Of a stretch of DNA of 64,000 nucleotides, positions 1 through 14,600 are shown piece by piece (within the stretch, counting starts at the first letter, position 1; each line of letters opens with the position of its first letter). A program made the position numbers and the translations under genes. The stretch lies in assembly GCA_963924565.1 (NCBI GenBank), contig OZ004611.1, forward strand, positions 24,552,001 to 24,616,000. The letters run 5' to 3'. This DNA comes from Ascidiella aspersa. Taxonomy: Eukaryota. The notes under the pieces were generated by a model. That model did no database searches. It was not told the DNA's origin and worked only from the letters and a program-made list of their open reading frames with translations.

Positions 1-921
1 ACCTAAAAAAATGACGTTACATGCCCACATCTATAGACAGAAAGTGACATGAAGTGCAAGACTAGCAAATGTAGTGTACTGTATATGATATTTATATATG
101 CAAAACTCTCATATATGCCAATTAACGTTACCACAGTAAAGTAGAAGTTTTTCCTGCCGAACAAGATTTAACTATATATATATATATTAGCTTTTTAAAA
201 ACAGAAAATTACTGCAATATAGTTAGAAGTTAGGGATTAAGCATGTGAGTATTAACTGTAGTCTGTAAATGAAAAGTGTGAAGCAGTTTGTTTGTAACTG
301 TTAAAGTAAATACTTAAGTGGGTTTGATTATACCAGGTTTTCTTGTTTTAAAGATTATCCCCTATACTTTAAAGGAATTAAATGGGTTAGCCAGGTAACA
401 AAGGTTAGCCAGGTAACAAAGCCTATCTAAGTCATCATTAAGTAGGCTATTAAAAGGTTGTTTTGATATAAAAAATCTGGGTGTCTAATTATATTCAAGA
501 AATCTCTCAAAATAATTCCAGTTGGGTAACATTTACTCTATTTTTAATTGTCCAACCTATTCTTATGTGTCTATTCCACCATTATAATAAATCTATCACG
601 ATGTTATTCCACCAAAGATTGAAGAATAAGTAGAAAGCTTGATTGAACAAAACAAACTGATTTTTCATAAGTACGAACAAAAAACCTGAATAATTATTGG
701 TAATTCAGATCAAAGCTATTAAATGCCATAATAAAATTCCTTTTATGCTAAATATAAAAAAAGTATTATCATGGCAACAATTGGTCTTGCTATAATAGAT
801 AGAAGGTTTTTATTGTTTCACACTAATTTGGATTTTTTTAACTCAATACTTTGTTAAGACAATTAAAAGGCCATATGTACCTAAAGTACATTACCAACAT
901 GTTTTATTTTAGAGTACAGTT

Positions 922-3900
922 ATGGCTTCAGCAAAACCTGCAGTGGCTGATGTAGCAATTTTAAGGCTTGCCGAAGTTCATGCAAACCCCAAGAACAAAA
1001 AATGGTCTTATGGAACTGCTGGTTTTCGTGGAAAGGCATGTGAAATGGATCATGTGTTCTTCCGGATGGGTCTTTTGGCAGTTCTCAGATCAAAATGCAA
1101 GAAAGCTGTGATTGGGGTTATGGTAACCGCATCTCATAACCCAGAGGTAAATTTTTGGTACATTTTTAAAGTAATGACAATTAAAAGGCAATTCTAGTGT
1201 GAACGTATTTTTTGTTGTTTGGCACTATTTGATCAATTATTTTTTGTAAGCACAATATAATGATAGGACAGGAGGTCATGGAAAACAAGTGAACCTTGCG
1301 AATAAGTTTGTGATCATATAAACTATTTTAAAAACTGTATGCTGTGCAGCTTAAATAAAATAGGGTGGTCCCGTTTTAAATCTAGCAGAAAAAAATTGGT
1401 AAGATTTTTGTGTGTAAATACGTAAATGTACTTACTAGTTGAACAAGCCCCAAAATTGTCGGATTAAACAAAAAAAAGCTTGTAGTGTTGAAATTATTAA
1501 CATTTCTGTAAACAGGTTGTTTTAAAATGTATTTCAGTGTTTTACTTAATGTTTGTATGTGTGTATAAAACAATTGTCAATTTGTTGTTGTTTAAAGTTT
1601 AGGCTATTATGTAACCCAAGTGTTTATGAATAATTATATTATACTATTGTTTTGTAGCTACTTCCGTCAAAATTGTCCTTTGTCCTTGCATGTCCTTGCA
1701 TAACAAGCGTAAATAATGCAATGAATGGTTAGCAGCCACTCATAAACTTTATTGCAAATTTTAGTCTACACTTTAGTAAAAGCAAAATGTTTTTTTATTA
1801 TTTAATTTTTATTTGAAATACATGTTTCTATGGAACATTTTAGCATCTTTTAGGAATCCCAAATAAAAAGAGTGTAAAGTAAGAATGCCAAAATTGTATG
1901 CCAAATTTTCAAACTTTGTTTTTATTTTTAATTTTGCTGCAAAAATAGTGGTACCCCAGTATTTAAAAAAATATATTTATGTTCTACCATTTGTGTTATT
2001 AATTATGTTTACCACAAACTGTTGAAAAAACAGATGAATTGCCATTTGTTAAGTAAAATAAGTGTTTTTTTAACATTACAGGAGGATAATGGCATAAAGC
2101 TGATTGACCCCCTGGGCGAAATGTTAGAAGAAAGTTGGGAAGCTTATGCAACTTCTTTGGTAAATGTTGAAAATCATCAGATCATTGAAAAGCTGCATGA
2201 AATTGCCAAAAAGGAAAATGTTGACATGGAACAGTCTTCTTCTGTGTTTACCGCTAGAGATACAAGGTATTATTTGTTTGGCGATTAACTTTGTCATCTT
2301 ATTAAATAAATTTAATTGCCTTACATTTTGTAAAAACAAATTTATTTATATTTTATTATATTGATTGCATGTTGCCTATTTATTTTTCTTTATGCCAGGT
2401 AGTTGATAAATTTATAGCTAATGGAATTCTTTAAGGAGAACAATCCACCTTTAAGTAGTTTAACGATTAGTGGTATTAAAACCAGGGCAGCAATTTAGAA
2501 ACAGTTCGCCTCTACTTATTGCTGTAACACTGCTAGGCTGGCAGACAACAAACATTTACTGAGTGGTTTGGTAAACACTATTGGCACTTCGCTGGCACTC
2601 CCACAACAGAAAGTTTTCTCCACAAACTCCCAAGCAAGAAATCGCTACAGTGCTTTATATTAACCAGTAACCACCAAGCATGATCTTACAAACTCTTTTC
2701 AAATATTATCAGACAGATTTTTTGTTTAGTACCTATACATTTTGTTTGATTTTAAGAAATTTTTTTTTAAATTTTCTTTAAAACTCAAACATCAAATATT
2801 TACATTGCGAAATTATTAGTTTGTGTCCTTTTCAAATTTGTTGAGATGTTTATCAAAGTTGTAAAATACTGTTAACCCTTAAAAACACAAAACACATAAT
2901 TGGTTGATTGGGTGATCCATATTTTTTGTGTTTTGCTTCAGGCCAAGCAGCATTTCGTTGAGTCAATCTGCCAAGGATGGCATATCTGCTTTGGGGGGCA
3001 GCTGCAAGGATTTTGGTCTTCTGACCACCCCACAACTACATTATATTGTATACAAATACAACACAGGTTATAAAGATGTGACTGAAGACTGCTATTACAC
3101 TCATTTCGCTGATGCTTTTAAAGCCTTGGTAAAAGAGGTAAAATCAATAATTTATACTTGAAAATTTGAGACTGTTACAATTTGCTAATTGCCATACCAC
3201 AATCAACAAATTGTAAAACAAACTTCGGGCCACCCTGCTGATCCAGCAAAAGGAAAGAAAAAAACTCTTAACACCTGTGATAATTTTAATTAATACTTTT
3301 AAAGATGTATATAAAGATATTTAAAAAAAAATAATTGTTCTGCAATCCATCCTTGCAGAATTAAGATCTATTCCATGGTTTTAGTTGTAACGAGTTCAAA
3401 AAAGGTTATGTTATTTTTACCAAATAGTGCAACACTTTGGTTTATTTGAAACCACTTAATTACCTTTAATATGAAATTGCAGCTTATTACTATTACACAA
3501 TATGAAGCTCATTCACAGTAGAATCACCCAAATTTAATATTATCTTTTTGTGACTGTATTGCTAATCGGGTCGACCACAAGCTATTTAAAAATGAGAAAA
3601 AATGTTGACCAATGGTCCCTAAAACCCTGTAATCTTAACTCTTGCACAGGCTGCTTTGCTGAGGTATGTTGAATATTATTCTTTTCAAAACTTGCCTACT
3701 TTTTGCAGAGGTCCGATATTTCAGCTGTGACGGTTGATTGTGCAAATGGCGTCGGCGCTCCAAAGCTTCAAACTCTGTATGAGCATCTGGGCAGTAGCAT
3801 TGACTTGGTCGTTCATAACAACAGTGACATTGGGAATGGAAAGCTAAATGAAAAGTGCGGAGCTGATTATGTGAAAATTCAACAAAGGGCCCCTGTTGGT

Positions 3901-6900
3901 AAGTGCTATGTTTGACTCCAAGCTTACATGTGTATTGTGTATATCACTTTATTATAGTGAATTTTAGTTTGTGCTATTTTTACATTCTAATTCCTAACGC
4001 TTTTTTACCTCAACTGTCAAGCTATATAATTATATTATTGTAAATGTTTGAGTTGCCAACCCTTTAACATTGCGTATTTTTTCACTCTTATTTACAATGC
4101 ACCACGCAAAGTTGTTATTGTTCAAAGAAGATTGTTAACGAATACGGACCAAAAAAACAAAAATATCAAAATTACTTAAAATCTTGTTGTACTCTTTCTA
4201 AAGTATTTACATTTAAAAAGGCATTCTCTCTTCTGTGTTATATCTGTTGTATTGTGCACGGCCAATTTAATCGCACACCTGCACTATAGGTTGGCCACTC
4301 CTGTTGCAATGTTTGTGCTTTTATTAAATTTAATAAGTTTTGTTTCGCTCTGTTTTTTATTTACAGTGCGGTTTGCTTTGGACTTTCGTCTAAATTGGTC
4401 ATTACGACTGGAATAATGCTGGAACGTTTTTGTTGTTGCAGGATTAAACATGGAGCCTTACCACCGATACGCTTCTTTTGATGGCGACGCTGATCGTATT
4501 GTGTACTACACCCTAGACAGCGACTGCAACTTTGTTTTGTTGGACGGCGATAAAATTGCCTCGTTATTTGCACTCTACGTCAAAGGCCTATTAACTAAAG
4601 TGAGGTCGCTATAAACTGCTCTGACTTTATATGAGTTAATTAGTTTATGGGCCAGTTACAATTAGCTGTTGATACTAGCGCTATTTATTAGGTCTATCAA
4701 AATTCGCCAGTTTATACCACTAATGAAGTAAATTCCAATAATCTTGTGTGATTTTGTTTTTATTCATTTTGAGAGTTTTACGCTTTGCTTCGTGTACGAA
4801 ACATAGTACTTTTGAGAACAACTTGAGAAAAAAACTAACATGATTTCACACTTTCATTCCATTAGTACGTTATGTATATTTGTTTAAAAAGCTACCCCAA
4901 ATCATCCGATCATTATGTTGATGGCTCGCCTTAGAAAAGGACAATGCCTACAAAAAAATACCCTTCTGCAATCTAATTCCGATTACTTTTAGCTGTTTAT
5001 ACTGAACTCTACCATATTTGCCCAGGCAAACCTATCATATTTCTACACTTTCAAAACCCCATTTAGTCCCCCCTTTTGAGATTTATTATTTGGTCCATTG
5101 CGTTTTTACTTTCCACAATTATTATATATGACAACGCTGCAATTAAATGACTTCATTCATATCCTACGTCCAGGCAAACCTCTCTGCGAAACTTGGTGTT
5201 GTGCAAACCGCTTACGCAAACGGCAGCGCCACAAAGTTCCTCAAGGAAGAACTCAAGGTGGAAGTGGCGTTCGCGAAAACCGGCGTCAAACATCTCCACC
5301 ACAAGGCCAGAGAATTCGACATCGGCATTTATTTCGAAGCCAACGGTCACGGAACTGTAAGTTGATTGGTGGCAAATGCTATAAAAATAAAGTCATTGAT
5401 TTATGTGCTGTACAGAGCAATCAACAGGTTTGCATGTTGGTTGTGGCTGTGAAATGCAGTGAACTTAAAACCGGATTTTTTTCCATTTATGTTGAGGTGA
5501 AATTCATAAAACGAAGTTTAACAAAATATTTCTGTAAATATTTGTAAACGATTTTATGCTTTCAATATCATCTTATTTGAAAGCAAGAGTTTTTCTTAAA
5601 TAACATTTTATTGTCTGCGGGAGATTCCTTTAACACCAAAGTGCTCCACTTTGTTAAACCAGTTGATTCGATCGTACGTCATTTTAAATGTTTTTTTAAC
5701 CAACCTGTTGGCATCTTTTGTAATTGTCAGATCAACGTGAAAAACGAATGGCAAGAAATGTTAACACAAAGATGCGCCGACCAAAGTTTAGGAGACTCTG
5801 AGAAAAAAGCCGCCCATCAACTTCAAGTGTTTTTATCCGTTATCAACCAGGTATAATTTTAACTTATTTTTTCGAAGTTTTAAAGAAAAAATAGATTTTT
5901 GGTGTATGTTAAATTTTGAATTGAGCCACTAAATAGGTTCAAAATTGTTATTCACACGAATTTAATTACATTCTGTGGATCCTTGCTGTTTACTGTCTTC
6001 CTCTCATTAAATGTGTTGTTTTCAAGACTACACACAGTTTTTGTTTTCCATCGGAGATGCGTCCTGTTTTTTGGCCTTTAGTATTACCAGAAATGTGGAA
6101 CAGCCTGTGGGGATGGTCTTTCCTAATCACGTATGCACCTTCACGTCATGCGGTTAGTGCGTACAAACATTTGCTTCCACTATTGATTACATTCGCTTTC
6201 CTGGTTAAAGCCAGTGGAAATCTTGGCAGAAAGCACAAACAATTTTTACGCTAGGCCGAATACGGTTGAGCCAACAATTAGATTGCTGGAAAGTTGGCTA
6301 ATGTGTTATCGTGTTCTATTAATTATTTAGCCCTGCGAACTGGTATGAACTGTTAGCAGACCTTGTTTAATGATAAAGTAACATATCCGGTACATTTTTG
6401 TATCACACGAACCGGGGTTCCGCGGCTTAAAACGTGGTTCAAATTCTAGAACTCAAGGGTGTCAAACGATATCTTAGATATTCTGAATTCTAAGGGTATG
6501 CACCATTGTCCTGTGCACGATTTAAGTGCAACAAGTCAAAAATATTTTTCTGCATAGTGCGCAATCGTTGTGTATTGTTTTCAATTTTGTTTGAAATCAA
6601 AGTCAATGAATTAACTAAAAATCCCGTATGCGTGTCGATACCAAACTCGGACAACTAGACAATTCTAGTTGTTTGGTTCAATGGATTAGAACGTGTTGCT
6701 ATAGTTCTGATCTTTTTTTCCCGATTTTTACCAAAAATGCTAAAAAGTCGTTTTTTAGGTTCCCCGTCGGAACAAATATTTAGCAGTGCAGGTAAATAAC
6801 ACAGTCCTGAAAAGCAATCTTGAAATCTTTGACATGTGCAATCCTATAAAAAATGCGGTTTTATAAGAAATGATAATCAATAAATGAAAGTCATTTTAAG

Positions 6901-9900
6901 CTGATTTTAGTTCAAAATTTTAGTTCAATTTTAGTTTTATTCTAATTTTAATCTTTGGAGCATAATGTTTGGCGATTGTAGTAAAACGTAGTAAGAATAT
7001 CAAAGGCCATACAGAAGTAGGTATCACTTCAAACATTTCGATTATCTCTTTACTTATTTAAATCTAGTTATCCCGTTTATTGTTTGCCAAACGTGAAAGG
7101 GTTACACAAATAAGCTACTTTAGGCAATATACCCGTTAAAAACTAAACCGTTTCGGATATTGAGTTTAAAGCCTGTTGGATTAGAACGAACGAGTTTACA
7201 CTAAAAGCGTAATCATTATTGATTTTCGTGTTGGCCGGTTGGGATAATTACGAGTCTGTTTTGAAGGTACATTTACATGTAACGCAGCTAGATGAACGCA
7301 GCTAGGTCACTTTGCCTGAAAATAAAATTTGTTTAATTTAACGCGTTCAAGGTTACACTCACCTGTTTGCTTGTTTTGACTACGGTATATGGATCCAAGG
7401 CCATATATTCTACTAGTCTATTAGGGCTACATCTTTATTGCCGTTAAATTGCCCGGTATAATCAGGCAAGTACCGAAACAACCACTTCGAATTCGCCATC
7501 GATCAACACATAATATAAGACATCTGCACTAATGATTAATTGAGATGTTTTTTGATAAGTGTCCCATACAACAGTGCTTCTCAGGTTCTCTTTGTGGTCT
7601 CCCAATTACTATACTCCCAACAAGATGCTTATGGACTGCGTAATTTATTCAGTTATTCATGTGCGTTTTTGTTTTTGTACAATTGTGAGGACCAACTTAA
7701 GATAGGGGTTCTTGAACTGGAGTCCATGGTCTAGGCGTGTACTAAGACTACTTTTAGGGGGTCCTTTAAAGCCTGATTGAAACTTTGGTGTATAATTTAA
7801 AAAAACAAATAGTTTTTCAAAAGAATAGAGTTTAATAGGGTATAACGATTTTTGCTTTCAATGTCCCACATCATGTTATCTATAAATCAGCGAAGTTTGT
7901 TCATAGTCTGATACGAAACTGAATCTGTAGGTCAATTAACCTTTACCAATCGGTCGGTTTTAAGTATTGATGTCACTACCGACGCTTCAAGGCCCACAGG
8001 TAGACCAGCTCGATCGGGGTAATTAATGCTAATGAGGCTATCTTGTATATATAGACCTCGCAACGTCCGTAGTAATACCCTCAATTTGCACCAGCGGACT
8101 CTGGTTATATTGGTCTATGACCTGACGGCGATGCTATTAGTCATCCCTGTGTTTTAGACTGTAGGAGACGCAATGTCCGATATGCTGGCCGTCGAGGCGA
8201 TCTTGCATGCCATCGAGTGGGGAGTGCGCGAGTGGAGTCAGATGTACATCGAGCTTCCCAACAGACAAATGAAAGTCAAGGTGACTCGACTGTTTAGCAC
8301 AATGTTTCCAAAGTTTTTTGGCTTGCGGCACCCTAAAAATTCTTAACTATTTCGCGGCACACTTTTAGCAGAACAACAAAAGAGTAATTTTATAATCGCC
8401 CTTAGCGCACGACGAACTATATGTAAATCTCTGAATATTATTAATTTGTATTGGATAGGGCGAATTTTGGTTTAAAATACTTGCGTATATGCATATTGCT
8501 AATACAAATTATTTTCCAAAATTACCCAAAGGTTGGCGACACACTTGACAATCTCTCGGGGCACACTAGTGTGCCGGAGCACACAGTTAGTGAATCAATG
8601 GTTTAGCAGTTGATATATAGAGCTTATATCCTCACAGTTTGCTGCATAAACCAAAATTAATCCCATGAGTTTTAAATTTGTATCTACCTTAAAATAGGAA
8701 AATTTGTTTTTGTTGAAAATAAGGTGTATGTTCGATAGGGTTTAAATATTGAACCAAATATATAGCTTTTAAAGTTTAGATTTGCCAAAATTAGGTCTTT
8801 AGTTCGGCCTTGTATTTTTCGTTGCTCGTATGTATTGTGCATTAGTTTTCAATTACAATTGTGACATTAGGAAATGTTTTGCCGGATAGTACAGTTCGCA
8901 AGCACCCGTGGGAGGTAAATCATTCGAAAAGGGGCATATTTGACACTTTGCTTTTCGACACTATTGAGAACCCTCAAACATAATTCAAAAGTTAATCATA
9001 ATTTTTCCTAAAAAAAACTAGGGAACTAAAATAGCCAACATAATAACCCTCACTAACAAAAAATTCCCCATTATGCTACAAAAAATACCGCTCAGTACAG
9101 GATTGTCACAAATACTTTCAATCCTTAAATGTCTTAGATTGTAGTTGATTATTATTGAAGAGTCCCCAACCCTTTTTTTTTCCGAAATGAATTTAAGTTA
9201 AATGTCAATTCAAAATTCTACTTTGGACAAAGATGTTATTATAACCGCCAAAGTTTCGATTTCCTAAAAGGGAAATCTTCTCCAGGGCAATAAAAAAATA
9301 GGTTTTCTTTGAAAAGACTTAAATGTCCAATGTCCATGAATTTGTTTATAAACCATATTTTGTAGCCTTATTGTACTATTGTTGTGACACAAACCCATTT
9401 TTAAAGGTTGCCGACCGCACTGTGATCGAAACCGTCGACGCCGAAACTCGAACCGTGAACCCTCCGGGTTTGCAGCAGGCCGTCGACCAGCTGGTGGCGC
9501 TGTTTCCCGAAGGCCGGTCGTTCGTGAGACCTTCGGGCACCGAAGATGTGGTTCGGGTTTATGCCGAGAGTGACACACAGGTAGAGTTGTATGGCTTGGG
9601 CCAGACCTGGGCAAAATACGGCCCGCAGGCCAGATCCGGCCCGCCAAGCAATATAAATAATTCGGCCCGTGGCTCATTTTCAATAAAACATTTTTAGGCA
9701 AAAACAGGCCTTAACATTTTTTTTTCTTGATTTCAGAATATTGTATTGTTGGGCGAACATATAACTCTTGTAAGGCATCCTCACCAATTGATATTTATAG
9801 ATTCTTTTAAAAGGAATCGGACGGCTCGCCAAGACACTTTGTGTTTCTTATGCGGCCCGCTGTCAAAAATAGTAATTTCCCACTCCTGGCGTTGGCGAAC

Positions 9901-11084
9901 CGTACTTGCATTGCCGCTAAACCTTTTATGACTGTAGTTCTCAACCGTTTTCATCCCGTGGACTCCTTTAACCGCTATTTAAAACTCGAACCCTCCAAGA
10001 AAAATAGCACATGTAAATTTGCCAATATACGAAGAAAGGGCATACCCATTTAAAATCTCAACCTTGCAGTCGTTACAGGAGTACTAAGTTATCAGTTTCG
10101 CAACATATGGCTTACCATGGAGATACGGTCTAAGGTGGCGGCTCCTAAAATTCGAAAAACGAGCCAAACTGGCGTTTTTCATATTCCATTGGTCAAATAT
10201 TTTATAATGTGTGATGGCCGACTATTGAGGGTTTGATTTTTAATGTCAGTCTATTTTTATCAGTAAGCAAGATATATATGTCTATTGTATATATTCAGTT
10301 TCCCGTAATCTATAAAGTCATATGTTAACCCATAGATATATTATGCGTAAAGACATCTATCGACCATCAGTCCACCATAGATACCAACAACAAGGTCAGA
10401 TAGAAGCAACATATAGACAGATAATGGACAAGGCCATCTAAAGACAATCAAGGAGATCATTAAGCCACTATAGATAAACAATCGATCAAACATATTTCGA
10501 CCGCCTTAATCACCTGCCTTTAAAATGATCATTAAAGCCTTATATGGATCACCAATCTGCCATTTACGCTTTATTGTGTTATAAATAACCTTGTAAATAA
10601 GCTGGTGGCACAGCCCTATTAAAGTGGAAGAGAACACTTCGCAAAAACTAAAGAGCACCACATTTTAGTAGTTCTTCTCTCATTTCATTGGACAAACTCA
10701 GTTGTTCAGATTTCATGAAAATCTATTATGACACTTTCCCTATATAATTTTGCAACACAACGTTTATATTTATAAAACTACAAAACTATAAACGCAATAT
10801 TTTGGTGAGATTAAAATAAAAAATGCTCAAGTAACAACTAATAACGGTTGCCCTGCATAACAGATTTCTATCAATTTGCCGTGCACTGACGGACCTATTA
10901 AACCGGCGAGCCTCTTGGAATCTTAAACCCTGTATTACGATAATGAATAAGAACCTCGGCAACCTCAGCATATAACGTCTATTTTGTATCTTTCCAGGAA
11001 AATGCCAATTCTCTGGCGGAAAAAGTCTGTGCAAAGGTTTATGAGCTCGCAGGTGGAGTAGGCGAAATACCCAAATGCTCATAG
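922..11084 (+). CDS. PGM3: Phosphoacetylglucosamine mutase (PGM3/AGM1), 10 coding exons, 546 aa
   Basis: Exons 922-1146, 2082-2266, 2942-3137, 3709-3898, 4442-4599, 5174-5356, 5731-5850, 8158-8280, 9407-9580, 10998-11084. All introns GT-AG and phase-consistent, total 1641 nt. Family motifs: YGTAGFR, catalytic TASHNP, metal loop [41 protein letters not shown]. Confidence 0.97.
8300..8600. mobile_element. Non-autonomous hAT-type MITE in PGM3 intron 8
   Basis: Degenerate TIRs CAATGTTTCC.../...GAATCAATG, subterminal GCGGCAC/GTGCC motifs, and a perfect 8-bp TSD GTTTAGCA (8292-8299 and 8601-8608). Confidence 0.75.
9602..9900. mobile_element. hAT (Charlie/MER-like) MITE remnant
   Basis: Starts CAGACCTGGGCAAAATACGGCCCGCAGGCCAGATCCGGCCCG and has repeated CGGCCCG subterminal motifs, again at about 9853. 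The right end is imprecise. Confidence 0.55.
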
Positions 11085-13444
11085 GGTCGTCCTTAGTATA
11101 GTATAAAGTAACGACTGAGCACCCAACTTGTAGCAGTTTTTATACATTTTTATTCTTACTACATATCTGTAGTGTGCGCTGTGTATTTTTTTTTTTTTTC
11201 GAATGCAATTGTACCATTTCAATAATTTTTTTTCACCGAGAATTTTCTAGTATTTAATGCAATAGTAGCGAGTTAAATACACCATGACTGCCACTAAAAT
11301 GAATTATTGCCCTTCAGTAATCAAGGATAGCAAGCAATTAAGCCTGTTATATAATGTGCTTACAAGACCTTCACATTCATTTTTTTTAATTTTTTTTTTG
11401 TGTATACCGTGTGCAAAAAAATTATGTGCCGCAAAATACACACCGTTGCAATTTCAATTATAAAGGGGTAGAAACTTATCCAACTTTGAGTGTCGTACGA
11501 CCTGTAGTTATTCTAGAAAGTAGATATATCTACTGCTGTCCGTTAAATAACGGTTTAACTATGACGGCTTCAATGGACAGCAGACTGTTCGTTTCAACAT
11601 TCTGCAAATTTAGTGACCGTGACGAAATTGTTTTTTGCAGTATTAAATATATCTGTTTTCGAAATGTGTTAAGGTTTGTCATTGGAAAAGTCTGCAAAGT
11701 CGCGTGGTGCTTTTGCAACAGAATCTGTGCAAATGTCAATATTTTCGAACCCACGTTTGTTTTGTTGTATTGTAATTAAAAATTTTAAAATAGACTCACG
11801 GCTTGTCCCATCAATATTTAGTTTTGGTCAAATTTTTATTCATCCAACTAAAGTAATTTTTCTGTTCAAATATTTTTCCTTGAACACTATTTAATAGCGA
11901 ATATTCCTATCTAACCAATAATGAATGATAGGCTTGAAATCGAATTTAGAATAAAATTTCCCTTCTATTTTTTGACTGTCATTCATTATTGTTGAAAACT
12001 CCCACCCTGCTATTTAGGTCGAAGCTAATGAGTCGTTAAATACGTAATTGTTATTTGATGGATTTGTTTTTGTCTTTTAGCTATTTTGACTTGTACAATA
12101 TTGACGAATTTCGTCTGAGATTTTTGAAAGACTTTCGTAGACCAAATCTTATTTGAACAGACACTTTCTTCAAACCGATGCTTTATGGTAAAATACATGA
12201 TGTGATAAAGTTTTCTGTATACCGAAAAAGAGTTAAGTGCAATTTGAAATAAACTTTCGCTTTTGTCTTTCTCTTGTTCATGAAAATACAGGAATGATGA
12301 AATGTTCCCGTTCCCAACCTCAAAATTAACATGCGCTGCTTGAAAGATTACGCGACGCGTCTTTTTACACTTCGCTTTTGCTTTAAAAAGTCATCACTGG
12401 CCAATGATCAATTTGTACAGGGTACCCGTTTCCTTTTTGTAAAGTTATTGTTCAAAAATTATTACTGGAGTATTGGCAGGCTTAATCAAGCTTTTGGACA
12501 AAAATAAGTGTTGTAACCATTAACCAAGGGTGAAAGTAGAATAATTTTAATCACGAAACACGTTACCATTTTCCCAGATGACGCCACAATGACTAAAATT
12601 TTAGTTTTACCATATCTTTACCTGCACGGCATATCTTTACCTATACGGCGTACCTAAAATTGTATTACAGGAAAGCCGTTCCGGCTTAACTCTCACCACT
12701 GCCATAAACTAATGTTAAGTTGTAACCAAATGTTAATTGGCCCCAATCAAGTCCTGTTTTCCGTTGTTATCTCACTGAGAACCAAAAAGGCACGGCATTT
12801 GCTTTTTAATAAATTACGTATACGTATTGCCAACATCGGCACATTTTAATCCGGGTTTATCGAATTCGGATTTTCGCTACTTTACACCTGTGCACTGTTA
12901 TGGCTTTGCATTTGAGGTCGGGCTCCAGCTTTGGTTTGCTTGTTGCGAGACAACGTTAAAGTCTGTTTTGGTATTTTGTATTTGGCTCCGATTGTGGTGT
13001 TAAACCGTTTCTGTCAGTTTAACATATTAGACAACACCAGCAGGTGTTGCCGCATAATCGCCGATTAAATAAATGGTGAAAAACAAACAGTTGTCAGTTT
13101 CTTGTTCGCCCTTTGGAAATTCTTGCACGGAAAGACGAGACTATAACCGATTCCCTTTTTTCTTTTATAAAACTTACCGGTTGTAAAATGACAAAATTAA
13201 TTTTTTTAGGAATTCTACCTCTACCATTTGATTAGCGTACATCGTGATTTATATTGTGTGATGATTTTAGATACCCATGATGCTTTTGGTAGCGTATACA
13301 TTTATCATATAACATCCAAACAAACTGATTTGTGGTTTACTAAGTTATGTACTGGGGTTAATCGTTCAACCAGAATCGTTTGTTTTTCACCATTTGATTT
13401 GAGTTAATTCTGTTATTCGTAAGGAAATTCAGATTAGGCTATAG

Positions 13445-14212
13445 CAGTGATTCCCAAACTTTTTTTCTCGCGTACCATTTTGAGCTTTTGTACAGTGTTC
13501 ATGTACCACCTAAGTTAGGCCTACATCCGACTAAAATATCTCAAACTATAACTATTTTAGCATATAGATAAGAAAATGAGCATGTAGCTGTATTAAAGTT
13601 TAACAAATGTCATTCCAGGAAGACATAAAAGCCATAAATTATACAAAACACAGCAAATAGTTTTAATACGATGGATGTGAGAGCCAGCGCACCTCCGTGT
13701 AATAGAGAAGACAGGTGTAATTGGAACTAACATTCTCCCAAAGACGTTTAAACAAGGCCAGATGTTTTGACGCAATTTACTGAGCTTCTCCATTGTGTTC
13801 AATAGCTATAAACCCGTACCTTAGGTGACCCTGACTGTACTTTCGTTTAAACATGTTCCTAAATTTTTAACAAAATGTAGTTCTCTCACTATTCCTCTAT
13901 TTTAGAAGAAATTAGTAGTACTATTCAATAATAATATGATTGAAATATCAATACTACACTGCTGCTATTAGTTCATTATTATTGCACACATATTAAACCA
14001 GTTAGCGTTTTATTATCTTGACAAGATAAATGTTACGACATAAACGTGCAAAACCAAAGGTAACTAAAACGACATTACAAGTTACCCAATCTGAACGTTT
14101 TAAAAGTTGAAAGTTTTCGCAAATTTATAAGTATGCTGAAGTTAGTCGCGTACCACCTGAAAGATTCTTGCGTACCACTGGTGGTACGCGTACCACAGTT
14201 TAGGAACTACTG
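13445..14212. mobile_element. Non-autonomous hAT element
   Basis: TIRs CAGTGATTCCCAAACT / AGTTTAGGAACTACTG, repeated GCGTACCA subterminal motifs, and an 8-bp TSD GGCTATAG / GGTTATAG (7/8 match). Confidence 0.8.
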
Positions 14213-14297
14213 GGTTATAGGCTACGTCTACCTCTATTCTTTTTATTGCTAAAGTGATAGTTCGACATGTTTTTAAGGATTATTTAGATGTACTTTG

Positions 14298-14386
14298 AAC
14301 AAGGCCCACAAAAAGCATTTTAACAAGGTTCACAAAAAGCATTTTAACAAGGTTCACAAAAAGCATTTTAACAAGGTTCACAAAAA
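14298..14386. repeat. 24-bp tandem repeat, about 3.7 copies
   Basis: Unit AACAAGGTTCACAAAAAGCATTTT repeated head to tail; the first copy has CC instead of TT. Confidence 0.9.
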
Positions 14387-14482
14387 TACGTCTGGGGTTT
14401 CAAGTCAGACGAATGTGGCGACCATTCTGGAAGCTTGTTGAAATACGATTTAGTTTCTGTATAAGACGTGACACAAAAATAG

Positions 14483-14600
14483 CAGGCCTGCGGAGTCGGA
14501 CTCGGGACTCGACGGAGACGGTTTCTTTTGCTGGAGGCGCGCTCTAGTTCATTTAGTTTTGGTCGGACTCTGGTTATCTTTAACCGACTGTGGGGCCCTG
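14483..14600. mobile_element. Short MITE of the GGAGTCGGACTC family
   Basis: Ends CAGGCCTGCGGAGTCGG / CCGACTGTGGGGCCCTG. Same family as 43883-44520 and 61509-62130, with another fragment at about 14945-14990. Confidence 0.6.
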
